This document shows, piece by piece, positions 8,842-18,778 of a DNA stretch of 64,000 nt. The position numbers and the translations under genes are program-made. How positions within the stretch are numbered: position 1 is the first letter of the stretch; the number at the start of each line of letters is the position of its first letter. The notes beneath the pieces are model-generated. The model did no database searches and was not told the DNA's origin. It worked only from the letters and a program-made list of their open reading frames with translations. This DNA is from Desulfatiglandales bacterium (GTDB lineage Bacteria > Desulfobacterota > DSM-4660 > Desulfatiglandales > HGW-15), in contig CAXXJJ010000004.1 in the NCBI GenBank assembly GCA_963667015.2, positions 288,001 through 352,000 of the forward strand, in the 5' to 3' direction.

Positions 8842-9312
8842 TTAGAACATTGTGTTCTGGTTCATCGCTTTCTTGGGATCAGGAATCTCCTGAACCACAT
8901 CCCAGTGCTCAACTACCTTGCCGTTTTCAACCCTGAAGATATCCACAACGGCGTAGCCGAGCATTTCCGGGCTGCGCTGGCAATGGATGTGCAGTGCTAC
9001 CAGATCACCATCGGCCAGGACATGCTTGATCTCGCCATGGTTTTTGGGAAAATCGCGTTTCAGGAACTCGATGTGCGCCTTCAGCCCTTCCGGACCATCG
9101 GCGGCATGAAGGTTGTGTTGAACGTAGCGGTTGCCTATGAAGCTCCTGGTCTTCTCCCAGTTCTTCTCGTTGAGTGCGGCGTTGTAAAACTCGATCACAA
9201 TCTTCTTGTTCTGTTCCTCAATAGCCGTCTGGTCATCGGCGGAGTATGTCGGTGCTGATGCCGAGATACCGGCTAATACTAGGATCGCAATGAAAATAAA
9301 TCGTTTGAGCAT
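8842..9312 (-). CDS. Secreted SnoaL-like protein (polyketide cyclase-like family)
   Basis: NKKIVIEFY, YVQHN, DGDLVALH, VDIFRVENGKVVEHWDV; start moved to ATG 9312 after GGAG. Confidence 0.9.
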   Translation of the reverse strand: MLKRFIFIAILVLAGISASAPTYSADDQTAIEEQNKKIVIEFYNAALNEKNWEKTRSFIGNRYVQHNLHAADGPEGLKAHIEFLKRDFPKNHGEIKHVLADGDLVALHIHCQRSPEMLGYAVVDIFRVENGKVVEHWDVVQEIPDPKKAMNQNTMF

Positions 9313-9659
9313 TTGGTTTTCTCCTTGTCCCCGGCACAGGAGGACTATTAAGGTTAACAGGTCACTCATAAATCAGGCATTATGTTAAAAGATCGACCTT
9401 TGCACATCTCCAGATTTTCTGTATTCAATCTTTCAAAAGAATTCCCTTTTTAGAGAAACAAAATATATGGAGTGCGGGGTTGTATGTCAATAATAATTAG
9501 CTCCCACCATATAGCAGGATCATTCAACATTCCAAAGGAGTATATCTGTTATATATTTTCCCTTGCTTTTTCAGTCAATTAATCTTAAGTCTAAATTAAA
9601 GTATCTTTTTACTGGATGCCCCCATAGAAGAAATATAAAACCAGGAAGGAGAACCCGTC

Positions 9660-11174
9660 ATGAATTCGTCTGAAAAAGGAAACCGCAAATTAACCCGCAG
9701 GGAGTTCGTCAAGGAGACCGCTTTAAAGGGTGGAGCCCTGGCTATTGGAGCAGGAAGTTTGGCAATGCCTGTGTCAGCCATGGCAAATCAAAACACGAGC
9801 AAAACATCCGGAACAGTTGACGTATCCGGGCAAACTTATTTTGAACCCGGAAGAGAAATATCGATAGTAAGAGATGCCGAAGTTGTCGTTGTTGGAGGCG
9901 GTCCGGCAGGCGTTGCTGCAGCTCTGGCTTCCGCGAGAAATGGAGCTGATACGGTTCTTGTTGAACGATACGGTCAATTGGGCGGAATGGCAACCGGCGG
10001 GTTGGTGATCTGTATTATGCCCATGAGCGGAGGTACAAAGGAGCAGCAGATAGTCGGAATCTGCCAGGAGTTAGTGGACAGGCTGGATGCACGCGGCGCA
10101 GCCGTACATCCGCCAAAGGAAGATATTGGATCGAACGACATTAACCGGGTCAAATACTGGCGGCAGTTTCCCTTTTTTGTGATCGATAACCGAATAAGAA
10201 TGAGTGCCATGGTAGACCCTGAGATTCTCAAGTGTGTCATGAATGACATGGTAGAGGAAGCGGGTGTAAAGTTATTGTTACATTCCTGGGGCTGCAGGGC
10301 GATTGTTGAGAATAACGCGGTTCAAGGGATCATATTTGAAAGTAAATCCGGCAGGCAGGCCATAAAATCCAGAGTCGTGATCGATACAACCGGTGACGGG
10401 GATATTTTTGCGTCGGCCGGAGCAGAGTTTGACGGTGAGGCCGATCAGAATCTTCGATCTTCCAAACTGGCTCTGGTATTTCAGGTCGGGAGAATTGATA
10501 TCGATAAATTCACTGAGTACCGAAGCGCAAACCCTCAGGAATACTCCGCCAAATTGCAGGAACTTGTTAAGCTGGGCGGCTTTACCAAGCCCATGCGAAG
10601 CGCCCTGGATGATGTTATGTGGTTTAATAACCAATTGCAGGGGAGCGCGATCAATGTTGAGGATTTAACACGAGCAGAAGTCAGTGCGCGAAAGAGGATG
10701 CTTACAACACAGGACTATTTTAAAAAGCATATCCCCGGATTTGAAAACAGCTTTATCATGGACACTGCCTCTCAGGTTGGTGTGCGGGGCAGCAGAAGAC
10801 TGATAGGCGAATACATCTTAACTCAGGATGACATATTCAAGGGTACATTGTTTGAGGACACTATAGCAGTCTGTCCGCCTTTTAAATACAATTTGTCATC
10901 TGATAAGCCATGTATGCATATTCCCTACAGGTCACTGGTACCCCGAAAGGTAGATAATCTTCTCGCTGCCGGCCGCTGCCTCTCTGCGGATTTAGTGGCA
11001 AATGATATACTTGCTCCGATCCAGTTCTGTGTAGCCATGGGACAGGCCGCAGGAACTGCCGCAGCCCTGTCAGTAAAAGCGGGTATAGCTCCTCGAAAAG
11101 TTGATCATGTAATGCTGCAGAAGAATCTCATGGATCAGGGCGTCCCGCTGCCGGGTTTAAAAAGGGCAGGCTAG
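9660..11174 (+). CDS. FAD-dependent oxidoreductase (FAD_oxidored/HI0933-like) with Tat signal
   Basis: TRREFVK twin-arginine motif; VVVVGGGPAG; IDTTGDGD; IPYRSLVP..VDNLLAAGRC. Confidence 0.9.
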   Translation: MNSSEKGNRKLTRREFVKETALKGGALAIGAGSLAMPVSAMANQNTSKTSGTVDVSGQTYFEPGREISIVRDAEVVVVGGGPAGVAAALASARNGADTVLVERYGQLGGMATGGLVICIMPMSGGTKEQQIVGICQELVDRLDARGAAVHPPKEDIGSNDINRVKYWRQFPFFVIDNRIRMSAMVDPEILKCVMNDMVEEAGVKLLLHSWGCRAIVENNAVQGIIFESKSGRQAIKSRVVIDTTGDGDIFASAGAEFDGEADQNLRSSKLALVFQVGRIDIDKFTEYRSANPQEYSAKLQELVKLGGFTKPMRSALDDVMWFNNQLQGSAINVEDLTRAEVSARKRMLTTQDYFKKHIPGFENSFIMDTASQVGVRGSRRLIGEYILTQDDIFKGTLFEDTIAVCPPFKYNLSSDKPCMHIPYRSLVPRKVDNLLAAGRCLSADLVANDILAPIQFCVAMGQAAGTAAALSVKAGIAPRKVDHVMLQKNLMDQGVPLPGLKRAG

Positions 11175-11231
11175 CAAAAATCGGGAGGTTGAAAAGTCTC
11201 ATCCACCGGGTGGTAGAGGGGCGAAGATAGT

Positions 11232-12611
11232 GTGGATATAATATCTCAATTTGTCAAAAAATGGCCGGAAATAAAATATGAGGATCTCCCTGACCATGTC
11301 ATAGAAATCGTCAAGTGTGAAATTATAGACAGTCTGGCCGCGGCTCTTGGAGCGTCATCAGCGAATGGTATAAAACAGTTGCTGGATGTAATTGATGAAT
11401 GGGGAGGAAACAGGCAAAGCACCATTATAGCCGGCGGAGTCAAATGTCCGGCTCCGGATGCCGCTCTGGTCAACGGTACCCTGATACATGCCCTTGATTA
11501 TGACGATGGTTGCCCTGCAACCCTGGTGCACATCGGATGCACGGCAGTATCGGCCGGCTTTTCTGCGGCTGAAAGAGTGGGCGGGGTAACCGGAAAGGAA
11601 TTTATTGCCGCTCTGGTACTGGGAAGCGATTTTATCAATCGCCTGGCTCTAGCCAGCCGGCCGAACGGCAGTATCACGGAATCCGGATGGTTCCCCACTG
11701 CCCTGTACGGGTACCTGGGTTCGGCTGCTGTTGCTGGAAGAATAATGAAGCTGGATCAGGAAGCAATGATTAATGCCATTGGTATTGCCTACAATCAATG
11801 TGCAGGCAATATGCAATGCATCCACGACGGCGTTTTTGCCAAGGCAATAGCAGCTGGACTGGCTGCAAAAGGCGGTGTTACTGCCTGTATAATGGCCGGG
11901 AAGGGCATTTCCGGGACCAGGAATAGTCTTGAAGGTAAAGCCGGGTTCTATAATGTCTACCATGGAGGGGATTACGATCCTCAAATTCTCATAAAGGATC
12001 TGGGCGAAAGATTTGAAACGGAAAGAATTGGTTTTAAGCCCTATCCCTGCTGCGGGCAAAGCCATGCGGCAATTGATGCTGCACTTTCTTTAAGGTCAAA
12101 ATACAATATTATACCTGCCGAGGTTCAGGATGTAATCGCATCTCTGGGTGATGCGGCATATATGTTATGTGTACCCCTGCAGGAAAAGCAGAATCCGCAA
12201 ACCGTGATTGATGCGCAGTTCAGTCTTCCCTGGACAGTTGCAACTGCCCTGGTAAAGGGAAATGTCACATTGGAAGATTTTACTTTTACGGCTATCCGGA
12301 AAGAAGAGGTACTGGAGGTATCCCGAAAAGTGAAAGGCCGGCTTGAACCTGAATTCAACAGGCGGGGTGTTGGACCGGGCAGCGTCACGATAAAACTGAC
12401 TACGGGGCATGAGTATACGCAGTACGTGGAATTCGGCCTGGGCAGCGTTGAAAATCCAATGTCTTTCGATGACTGCGTTCGAAAATTCAGGGAATGTTAT
12501 CCTTATTCTATTCGTCCCATTTCGGCTGCCACTGCCGATAAAATTATTGAACTGGTCCAAAATATGGAACAATTAAAGGACGCTACTCAGATAATCAAGA
12601 TGCTGGGATAA
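11232..12611 (+). CDS. MmgE/PrpD family protein
   Basis: AALVNGTLIHALDYDD, FKPYPCCGQSH, AQFSLP, GSVENPMS motifs. Confidence 0.93.
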   Translation: MDIISQFVKKWPEIKYEDLPDHVIEIVKCEIIDSLAAALGASSANGIKQLLDVIDEWGGNRQSTIIAGGVKCPAPDAALVNGTLIHALDYDDGCPATLVHIGCTAVSAGFSAAERVGGVTGKEFIAALVLGSDFINRLALASRPNGSITESGWFPTALYGYLGSAAVAGRIMKLDQEAMINAIGIAYNQCAGNMQCIHDGVFAKAIAAGLAAKGGVTACIMAGKGISGTRNSLEGKAGFYNVYHGGDYDPQILIKDLGERFETERIGFKPYPCCGQSHAAIDAALSLRSKYNIIPAEVQDVIASLGDAAYMLCVPLQEKQNPQTVIDAQFSLPWTVATALVKGNVTLEDFTFTAIRKEEVLEVSRKVKGRLEPEFNRRGVGPGSVTIKLTTGHEYTQYVEFGLGSVENPMSFDDCVRKFRECYPYSIRPISAATADKIIELVQNMEQLKDATQIIKMLG

Positions 12612-12659
12612 GATTACTTTTTTTTTAAAGATATATAATTCTATACGGGCATCATGGAA

Positions 12660-13613
12660 TCATTTGTATTTTTCATCCAGTCCACTCAGGTCATCATGCA
12701 TTAAACCTTTTTCATCATAAACTGTTGGAGCAATAAAACAGTCCCTTACTTTGTCATGGGATCTGTCTCGATATTTGCACCATATATGATACCAGTCTCC
12801 CTTCCATTCAAAGAATTCACCATGTGCCCAGCCTGTCTCCAGTCCCCATCCTTCACCTACTGAACCTTTTGTTTCATAGGGACCATATATGTTTCTGGAT
12901 GTAGCATAATAGCCCGAACAGCTTAAATAATATAATCCATTATATTTGTGCAGGGCATTTTTATCCATAAAGGGGAAGTGAGAGGTTCTGTTAATTGGAA
13001 TCTCCCTGGGTTCTTCATCCAGCTCGAGCAAAGAATCCTTCAGCCTGGCAATTACATAGGTTTCCGTTCCCCATATTAAATAAGGGGTATTGTCATCATC
13101 GATAAATACTGTGGGATCATATGATTTAACAAGAGGTTTGCCCAGAGCATCAGCATAAGCACCTTCAGGTTTTGATGCCACCATCACCCCGGTGTCTTTG
13201 TCGCGATTTGAAAAGAACCAGTAATATTTACCATGGCGTTTTACGATGTCACCGGCCCAGCAGCTGGTATTTCCTTTTCCCATGTAATTTTGTTCGGGAA
13301 GTATGGTGCCCACATGTTTCCAGCTTTGAAGATCTGCAGAACAATAGATTCTCCAGTCAGGCATAACCCATTCGGATACTCCAAATCCTACGTCATGTCC
13401 GGCAAACACATAGCAGATGTCATTATCCACCAGAACATGAGGGTCAGACATGCCGGGTTCGTCAATTAGGGGATTTCTTATTTTGGGAGCCTTTTCAGTT
13501 AAACTTTTAGATGCAAAGAGAGCTGAGGGTTTTAAGAAAAAAGCACCTGCGGCAGAATATGCCATGGTTTTAATTAATGTTCTTCGGTCTATCATTTTCT
13601 TCGGATTATTCAT
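12660..13613 (-). CDS. Glycoside hydrolase family 43 with Tat signal
   Basis: DRRTLIK; SDPHV, WAGD, YDPTVFIDDD motifs. Confidence 0.88.
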   Translation of the reverse strand: MNNPKKMIDRRTLIKTMAYSAAGAFFLKPSALFASKSLTEKAPKIRNPLIDEPGMSDPHVLVDNDICYVFAGHDVGFGVSEWVMPDWRIYCSADLQSWKHVGTILPEQNYMGKGNTSCWAGDIVKRHGKYYWFFSNRDKDTGVMVASKPEGAYADALGKPLVKSYDPTVFIDDDNTPYLIWGTETYVIARLKDSLLELDEEPREIPINRTSHFPFMDKNALHKYNGLYYLSCSGYYATSRNIYGPYETKGSVGEGWGLETGWAHGEFFEWKGDWYHIWCKYRDRSHDKVRDCFIAPTVYDEKGLMHDDLSGLDEKYK

Positions 13614-13821
13614 TTGATGTGCATCCTGTTAATATGACATAACCCAGTATATTTAAAATACAGGGTTTCAACAAAAAAATCGGGATTCCAGTTCAGGGAT
13701 TTTCAATTAGAATAAAGCGGATCATATATGACTAATTTATGTAAAGTCAATATTCAAAGGGATCGTCCATGAAAATATGAATCAATTCGGGCAGAACTTT
13801 TTTATCTGAGCTCATTTTATC

Positions 13822-13847
13822 GGGAACTTTTTACTATCTCACGTGTA
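13822..13847 (+). promoter_or_regulatory. Putative autoregulatory ECF promoter
   Basis: GGGAAC-N16-TGTA, similar to the SigW-type TGAAAC-N16-CGTA, upstream of the ECF gene. Confidence 0.55.
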
Positions 13848-13880
13848 TTTATGTTATATAGATCAGGTAATGGAGCCCTA

Positions 13881-14447
13881 ATGGACGATAATACAATAAT
13901 AAGGCTTATACAGGACGGTAAAACCGAAGCTTATGCCAGTCTTGTTCAAAAATACCATAAAAATCTCCTTTCATTCATTTACAGGCTGGTCCGCGATCCG
14001 CACTCGACTGAGGATATCGGTCAGGATGTGTTTCTTTCCGCTTATAAATCACTGCCCAGATTCGATACTGAGAGGGGAACTCCCTTTGTCGCGTGGCTAT
14101 TTGTTATTGCACGCAACCGATGTGTTAATCATCTTCGGGATCATCAAATTGTTAAGGACGTGCCTGTCGATGAACTTAAATACCTGCCGATCACTGAAGA
14201 TACAGCCGAAGAAGAGCTGATTCGTCGTGAAGACTTGCGAATATTAACAGCCTCGCTCGAACAATTACCTGAACCGTTTAAGTCAACAATTATGAAGAGT
14301 CTTAAGGGGGCCTCTCTGGATGAAATAGCCTGTGAATACGGAATCCCATTGTCTACTGTAAAGTCACGATTATTCAGGGCCAGGGCAAAGGTTAGACAAT
14401 TAATGAATATTTATGTCGGAGGTGTAGGTCATGAAAGAAAAATATGA
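13881..14447 (+). CDS. ECF RNA polymerase sigma-70 factor
   Basis: EDIGQDVFL, FVAWLFVIARN, STVKSRLFRAR; start set at ATG 13881 after GGAG. Confidence 0.93.
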   Translation: MDDNTIIRLIQDGKTEAYASLVQKYHKNLLSFIYRLVRDPHSTEDIGQDVFLSAYKSLPRFDTERGTPFVAWLFVIARNRCVNHLRDHQIVKDVPVDELKYLPITEDTAEEELIRREDLRILTASLEQLPEPFKSTIMKSLKGASLDEIACEYGIPLSTVKSRLFRARAKVRQLMNIYVGGVGHERKI

Positions 14448-14610
14448 ACCATCAACAGATTTTGTCTTGAAGGTCATGGAGAATGTTTATGCATACGAGG
14501 AGTCCAAAAATACCTTTATTCAATGGCTCTCTATTCATTCGTCAATCCGCTATGCAGTGCTGGGGATCGGAGCACTACTCGGAGTATTAAAAACTGCACC
14601 GGCCTTTTAA
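14431..14610 (+). CDS. 59-aa single-pass membrane protein, putative anti-sigma factor (below the ORF-track cutoff)
   Basis: MKEKYEPSTDFVLKVMENVYAYEESKNTFIQWLSIHSSIRYAVLGIGALLGVLKTAPAF*; RBS GGAGGT at 14418-14423; overlaps the sigma stop. Confidence 0.75.
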   Translation: MKEKYEPSTDFVLKVMENVYAYEESKNTFIQWLSIHSSIRYAVLGIGALLGVLKTAPAF

Positions 14611-14686
14611 GCAGCATCAGAGGTCAGGACGAATTGTTGATTTTAAAAAGTAAGTAAAAATATCAAGGAAGTGAAGGAATAAACGC

Positions 14687-15382
14687 ATGAAAAATAAACT
14701 AAAAAAATATACTGGTATTGTTCTCAAAAGCTGGATTTTCAGCCTTGTAACAGCATTGTTAATTGCTACATCAGTTAAGTCCTCATTAGCTGACTGGAAT
14801 GATGTTCCGACCGGTTCGATGCAGCCGACCATCCTGATTGGAGATCGAATATTTGTAAACAAGCTTGCATATGATTTGAAAATACCCTTTACAACATATC
14901 ATCTTGCAAAGTGGTCTGATCCTGAACGAGGGGATATTGTCGTCTTTTTTTCTCCTGAAGACGGCAAACGCCTGGTTAAGCGTGTGATCGGAACACCAGG
15001 AGATATAATAAGCATGAGAGACAACAGACTTTTCATTAATGAAAAACCTGTGGAATACATCCAGTTGCAACCGAAAATAATGAACCGGTTTGATTCGGAA
15101 CTGAAAAATGATCATATCTTTTTATCTGAGCAGCTTATAGTAAAAGATCATGCTGTAATGTTGTCATTATCACGATCATCATTATCTTCTTTTGGACCGG
15201 TAACTATTCCGAAAGGCAAATATTTTATGATGGGAGATAATAGGGACAATAGTGCAGATTCCCGCTTTTTTGGTTTTATCGATCGAAATTTAATTGTTGG
15301 AAAAGCAACAACAGTGGTCATTTCAAGAAATGAATCTTTTTTGCATCCGAGATGGTCTAGGTTTTTACAGGAACTCATCTAA
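14687..15382 (+). CDS. lepB: Signal peptidase I
   Basis: PTGSMQPT (catalytic Ser), LVKRVIG (catalytic Lys), MGDNRDNSADSRFFG. Confidence 0.95.
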   Translation: MKNKLKKYTGIVLKSWIFSLVTALLIATSVKSSLADWNDVPTGSMQPTILIGDRIFVNKLAYDLKIPFTTYHLAKWSDPERGDIVVFFSPEDGKRLVKRVIGTPGDIISMRDNRLFINEKPVEYIQLQPKIMNRFDSELKNDHIFLSEQLIVKDHAVMLSLSRSSLSSFGPVTIPKGKYFMMGDNRDNSADSRFFGFIDRNLIVGKATTVVISRNESFLHPRWSRFLQELI

Positions 15383-15444
15383 TACTATTCGCTGAGTCAT
15401 AATAACATCAGGAAAGACATGCAAAATAGTGAGAGGGTTTATTA

Positions 15445-15473
15445 TTGACATGCGTTACACTTCTCCATATATT
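15445..15473 (+). promoter_or_regulatory. Sigma-70 promoter
   Basis: TTGACA(15445-15450)-17 bp-TATATT(15468-15473). Confidence 0.6.
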
Positions 15474-15662
15474 TCAATCTTCAAACAGGGAATTCTTATC
15501 AATCGTAACATTATTATTCTTGTCTCAGATGCAGCTGCCGGTTAAACCGGGGCTGGTTCGATAGGAAACACATATCTTAAACATGTTCACTCTTCCTATC
15601 GTCAAGCGCGGCAGGAATATGTGCCCTACAATCGGGCAGAAACTCACATTGGGAGGGTAACA

Positions 15663-16649
15663 ATGATCATTCGCGGAGCAAACCGTTTGATAACCATCAT
15701 GATTCTGGCCGGCGCCATGGTGGTCGCCCAGTCAGTCGCTGCACAACAGCCACCTGAGACCCGCACCGGCGGGCCCAATCGGGCAGCCATGGGTCCTCCG
15801 GGAGCAAAGCAGAACAACCTTCCGGACACCCCGGGAACCGGTGCCTATCCGGCAATGAAGGAGGAGATTCCGGATCTTCCCGGACACGTGGTGTATCGAC
15901 CCGCCAACCTGGCGGCAATGGGTTCTCTGAAACTGGGAGTGGTTGCCTGGGGAAACGGCGGCTGTTCGGAGGATGGGGCAAGCACCCGCTTTCATCTGCT
16001 CGAGCTGGCGTCCCACGGTTATCTGGTAATAGCATCCGGTCGCATACTAAGCGGCCCTGGCGCACATGCTCCCGCTGCTGAGCGAAAGCCTTTTCCTCAG
16101 ACCGAAACATCGGATCTCACCAGGGCAATTGACTGGGCACTGGCCGAGAACACCCGTAAGGGCAGCCCCTATTTCGGGCGCATTGATCCGCAGCAGGTGG
16201 CCGTATCGGGTTTCAGCTGCGGGGGACTGCAGGCGGCCCTGGTCGCAGGGGACCCGCGTGTGAAGACCCTGATCATGCAGAACACGGGAACATATGACGG
16301 TGAACGCGCCACCATGCCCGGCCTAAAGGTACCCAAGTCGACGGTAAAGACCTATCACACGCCCGTTCTTTACATACTGGGCGGGCCGACCGACGTCGCC
16401 TATAAGAATGGCATGGAAGACTTCAAACTGATCGACCATGTTCCTGTTGCCGTGGCCAACCTGCCTGTAGGTCATGGCGGAACCTACCACGAGCCCAATG
16501 GCGGCGCTGCCGCACAGGTTGCAGTGGCCTGGCTGGACTGGCAGTTGCGTGGTGATGAAAAGGCCGCTGCACAATTTGTGGGCGACAAGTGCGGTCTGTG
16601 TATGGATGAGAAGTGGACCATAGAAAGAAAAAATTTTCCGGAACAATGA
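15663..16649 (+). CDS. Secreted alpha/beta hydrolase
   Basis: Signal peptide; WGNGGC, GFSCGG nucleophile elbow, GHGGTY; RBS GGAGG before ATG 15663; visibly GC-richer than its neighbours. Confidence 0.85.
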   Translation: MIIRGANRLITIMILAGAMVVAQSVAAQQPPETRTGGPNRAAMGPPGAKQNNLPDTPGTGAYPAMKEEIPDLPGHVVYRPANLAAMGSLKLGVVAWGNGGCSEDGASTRFHLLELASHGYLVIASGRILSGPGAHAPAAERKPFPQTETSDLTRAIDWALAENTRKGSPYFGRIDPQQVAVSGFSCGGLQAALVAGDPRVKTLIMQNTGTYDGERATMPGLKVPKSTVKTYHTPVLYILGGPTDVAYKNGMEDFKLIDHVPVAVANLPVGHGGTYHEPNGGAAAQVAVAWLDWQLRGDEKAAAQFVGDKCGLCMDEKWTIERKNFPEQ

Positions 16650-16793
16650 ACTGTCCCGCCGCAAGCTGCGAAGTATCAGAACTTGCGTTTTGCAATAAAC
16701 TGGAGATGGAATCCGCATCTCACCATGTTGAGTGCGGTAATACTGGCTGAAATGTAACCGGCAAACACGCCGGTAAGAAAAGGAGACTGATCT

Positions 16794-18686
16794 ATGCAGA
16801 AGAAAAAAATGCTCTTGACATTTACACTTGCGCTGATGGTGAGCCTGTTATTCACCTCCGGTGTTTTTGCGCTTAACTACACCAATAGACTGGGGAACAA
16901 GGCCACTTTCGAGACGCTTGAAGAGGCTCGCGTGAGCAGCCCTGCATCCGCCGCCTCACAGGGGACAGGCAATGTTACCTACAGGTCGCATCCTGTACTC
17001 GACGGGTATCCCAAAGGAACTACCTATGTGTATCGGTCTGCAAACCTGTGGAGCGGGCGCGCCAATCGCTCCAACACGAACATCCTGGTCTTTGCAGAGA
17101 AGTCCTTTAAGGACAAGGATGCCGCGTTAAACTACCTGAAGGATCTCGGCCTGATCAGCATAATCGATAAAGCAATCGGCAGTGTGGTGCTCATCACACC
17201 GTCCGATCCCAAAACCGGTTTTGTTGACCACGACCAGAAGCACTACTACGCCCTCCAGACGGCGATGCTTTCGCTCGGGACCTCTGAAAGATCCGGAAAC
17301 ATCACTACGACCTACTCCGACGGTGACTACTTCGGCGGATTCGGCTTCATTTATGTCATAGGCATTGACGGCGGCGCAACGTTCTTCAACAACTGCATTG
17401 CCAGTACCCTTGACTACGCCAGCCGCATTGCCGGCGCTCTGCTGATCAACAGCAGAATGGATGAGATCCGTCAGGTGGCCGGCGTTCTGCCCGCCTATCT
17501 TGTGAACGCCACTGAAGCTGTCGAGGCCAGGTACAGGGCCGCTAACAAAGCCGACTCTTTAAAGGGTGACACTAAGACTACAACCTACTACAATCAAACC
17601 CTGCCGCTTCAGCAGGTGATGGTCCACAGAGAAGCAGATCCGGACACGGCTGCTGTTATCAGAAAGGCTTATGATGATATGTTCTCCCGAACGATGCGAA
17701 TCCCTGTTGTTAAAACGGGTTTGCACAGCGCCGGCACGCCCTACCAGGGATATAATTTTGATCAGGCGCCATATACTCTGGCTGCCCGGAACGTAGTCAC
17801 TAATGGTGTGGCGCCGGACGGCATTTCCGTGTTTTCTCACCAGGAAGACAGATTTTCCAATATCAAATCCAAAGCCGGTGAGTATTTGCAGACCTGGTAT
17901 GAGTATGTACCCGAAGAGGTTCTTCAGAACAGGGTCATGAAAGGCTCGGTTCCACTGGTAATTGCCCTCCATGGCGGAGGTGATGATCCGCAGGCCTTTA
18001 TTGAGGAGGTCGGCTGGCTTGAGATGGCACGGCAGAAGCGGTTTATCATAGTGGCTCCGGAACACCAGGGCCTCTATTCTGACCAGACTGTTCTTGGAGA
18101 CTCGATAGCTGCGCTGGCAAAATATATGATGAAGACCTATCCTGCGATTGACGCTTCACGGGTATACGCGTCCGGCTATTCCATGGGAGGAGGCGCGACC
18201 CTTACAATTTCGACCAGCCATCCCCGGATGCTGGCAGCCGTTGTAGACATGGCCGGTGCGATGTTCACCTTTACTGACAAGATGGAAGCGCAGTTCAAAA
18301 AGACTGATCTGCCGTTCATGTACCTGACCAGCGCCTATGACCTGGAGCCCAATATAAACCCGAAAGACAAAAGTCTTTCAGATAATTCTCAGGTTCTGAT
18401 GAATAAATTTTTAGGATTTAATAACATGAACCTGATCAGCTATGACTTCAAAGCATACCCGAAGTGCGGGTTTAAGGCTGATGCCTGGTCCGAGACATTG
18501 CTGAATGATGAACAAAGGAATTTTATATGGTATTTGAATAACAATGAGGGTGTTCCCATGGTGGCCCTTAACTATACTGAAGATCTGATTCATGCCTTGT
18601 ATCCGCTCTACGCAAAGATGGCGTGGGACTATCTGACTCACTTCTCACGGGATCAGAAGACCGGCGCGATAAAATACAATCCTTAG
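16794..18686 (+). CDS. Secreted esterase, PHB-depolymerase/LpqC-like C-terminal domain
   Basis: Signal peptide ending VFA; PLVIALHGGG, IDASRVYASGYSMGG. Confidence 0.8.
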   Translation: MQKKKMLLTFTLALMVSLLFTSGVFALNYTNRLGNKATFETLEEARVSSPASAASQGTGNVTYRSHPVLDGYPKGTTYVYRSANLWSGRANRSNTNILVFAEKSFKDKDAALNYLKDLGLISIIDKAIGSVVLITPSDPKTGFVDHDQKHYYALQTAMLSLGTSERSGNITTTYSDGDYFGGFGFIYVIGIDGGATFFNNCIASTLDYASRIAGALLINSRMDEIRQVAGVLPAYLVNATEAVEARYRAANKADSLKGDTKTTTYYNQTLPLQQVMVHREADPDTAAVIRKAYDDMFSRTMRIPVVKTGLHSAGTPYQGYNFDQAPYTLAARNVVTNGVAPDGISVFSHQEDRFSNIKSKAGEYLQTWYEYVPEEVLQNRVMKGSVPLVIALHGGGDDPQAFIEEVGWLEMARQKRFIIVAPEHQGLYSDQTVLGDSIAALAKYMMKTYPAIDASRVYASGYSMGGGATLTISTSHPRMLAAVVDMAGAMFTFTDKMEAQFKKTDLPFMYLTSAYDLEPNINPKDKSLSDNSQVLMNKFLGFNNMNLISYDFKAYPKCGFKADAWSETLLNDEQRNFIWYLNNNEGVPMVALNYTEDLIHALYPLYAKMAWDYLTHFSRDQKTGAIKYNP

Positions 18687-18693
18687 ACCAGAT

Positions 18694-18734
18694 CGTTCAG
18701 GCAGCACGGCGTATGTTTTAGTGCTGCCTGAACG
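18694..18734. terminator. 14-bp hairpin between convergent genes
   Basis: CGTTCAGGCAGCAC ... GTGCTGCCTGAACG. Confidence 0.65.
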
Positions 18735-18778
18735 CCATATGAAAAAAGGATATTTATTACAGGGTGCCCTTAATTTAT

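Noticed and set aside
8794..9258. 154-aa plus-strand ORF and the many other antisense or nested ORFs in the track
   Set aside because: Shadows of well-supported genes on the opposite strand or frame, with no motifs or RBS
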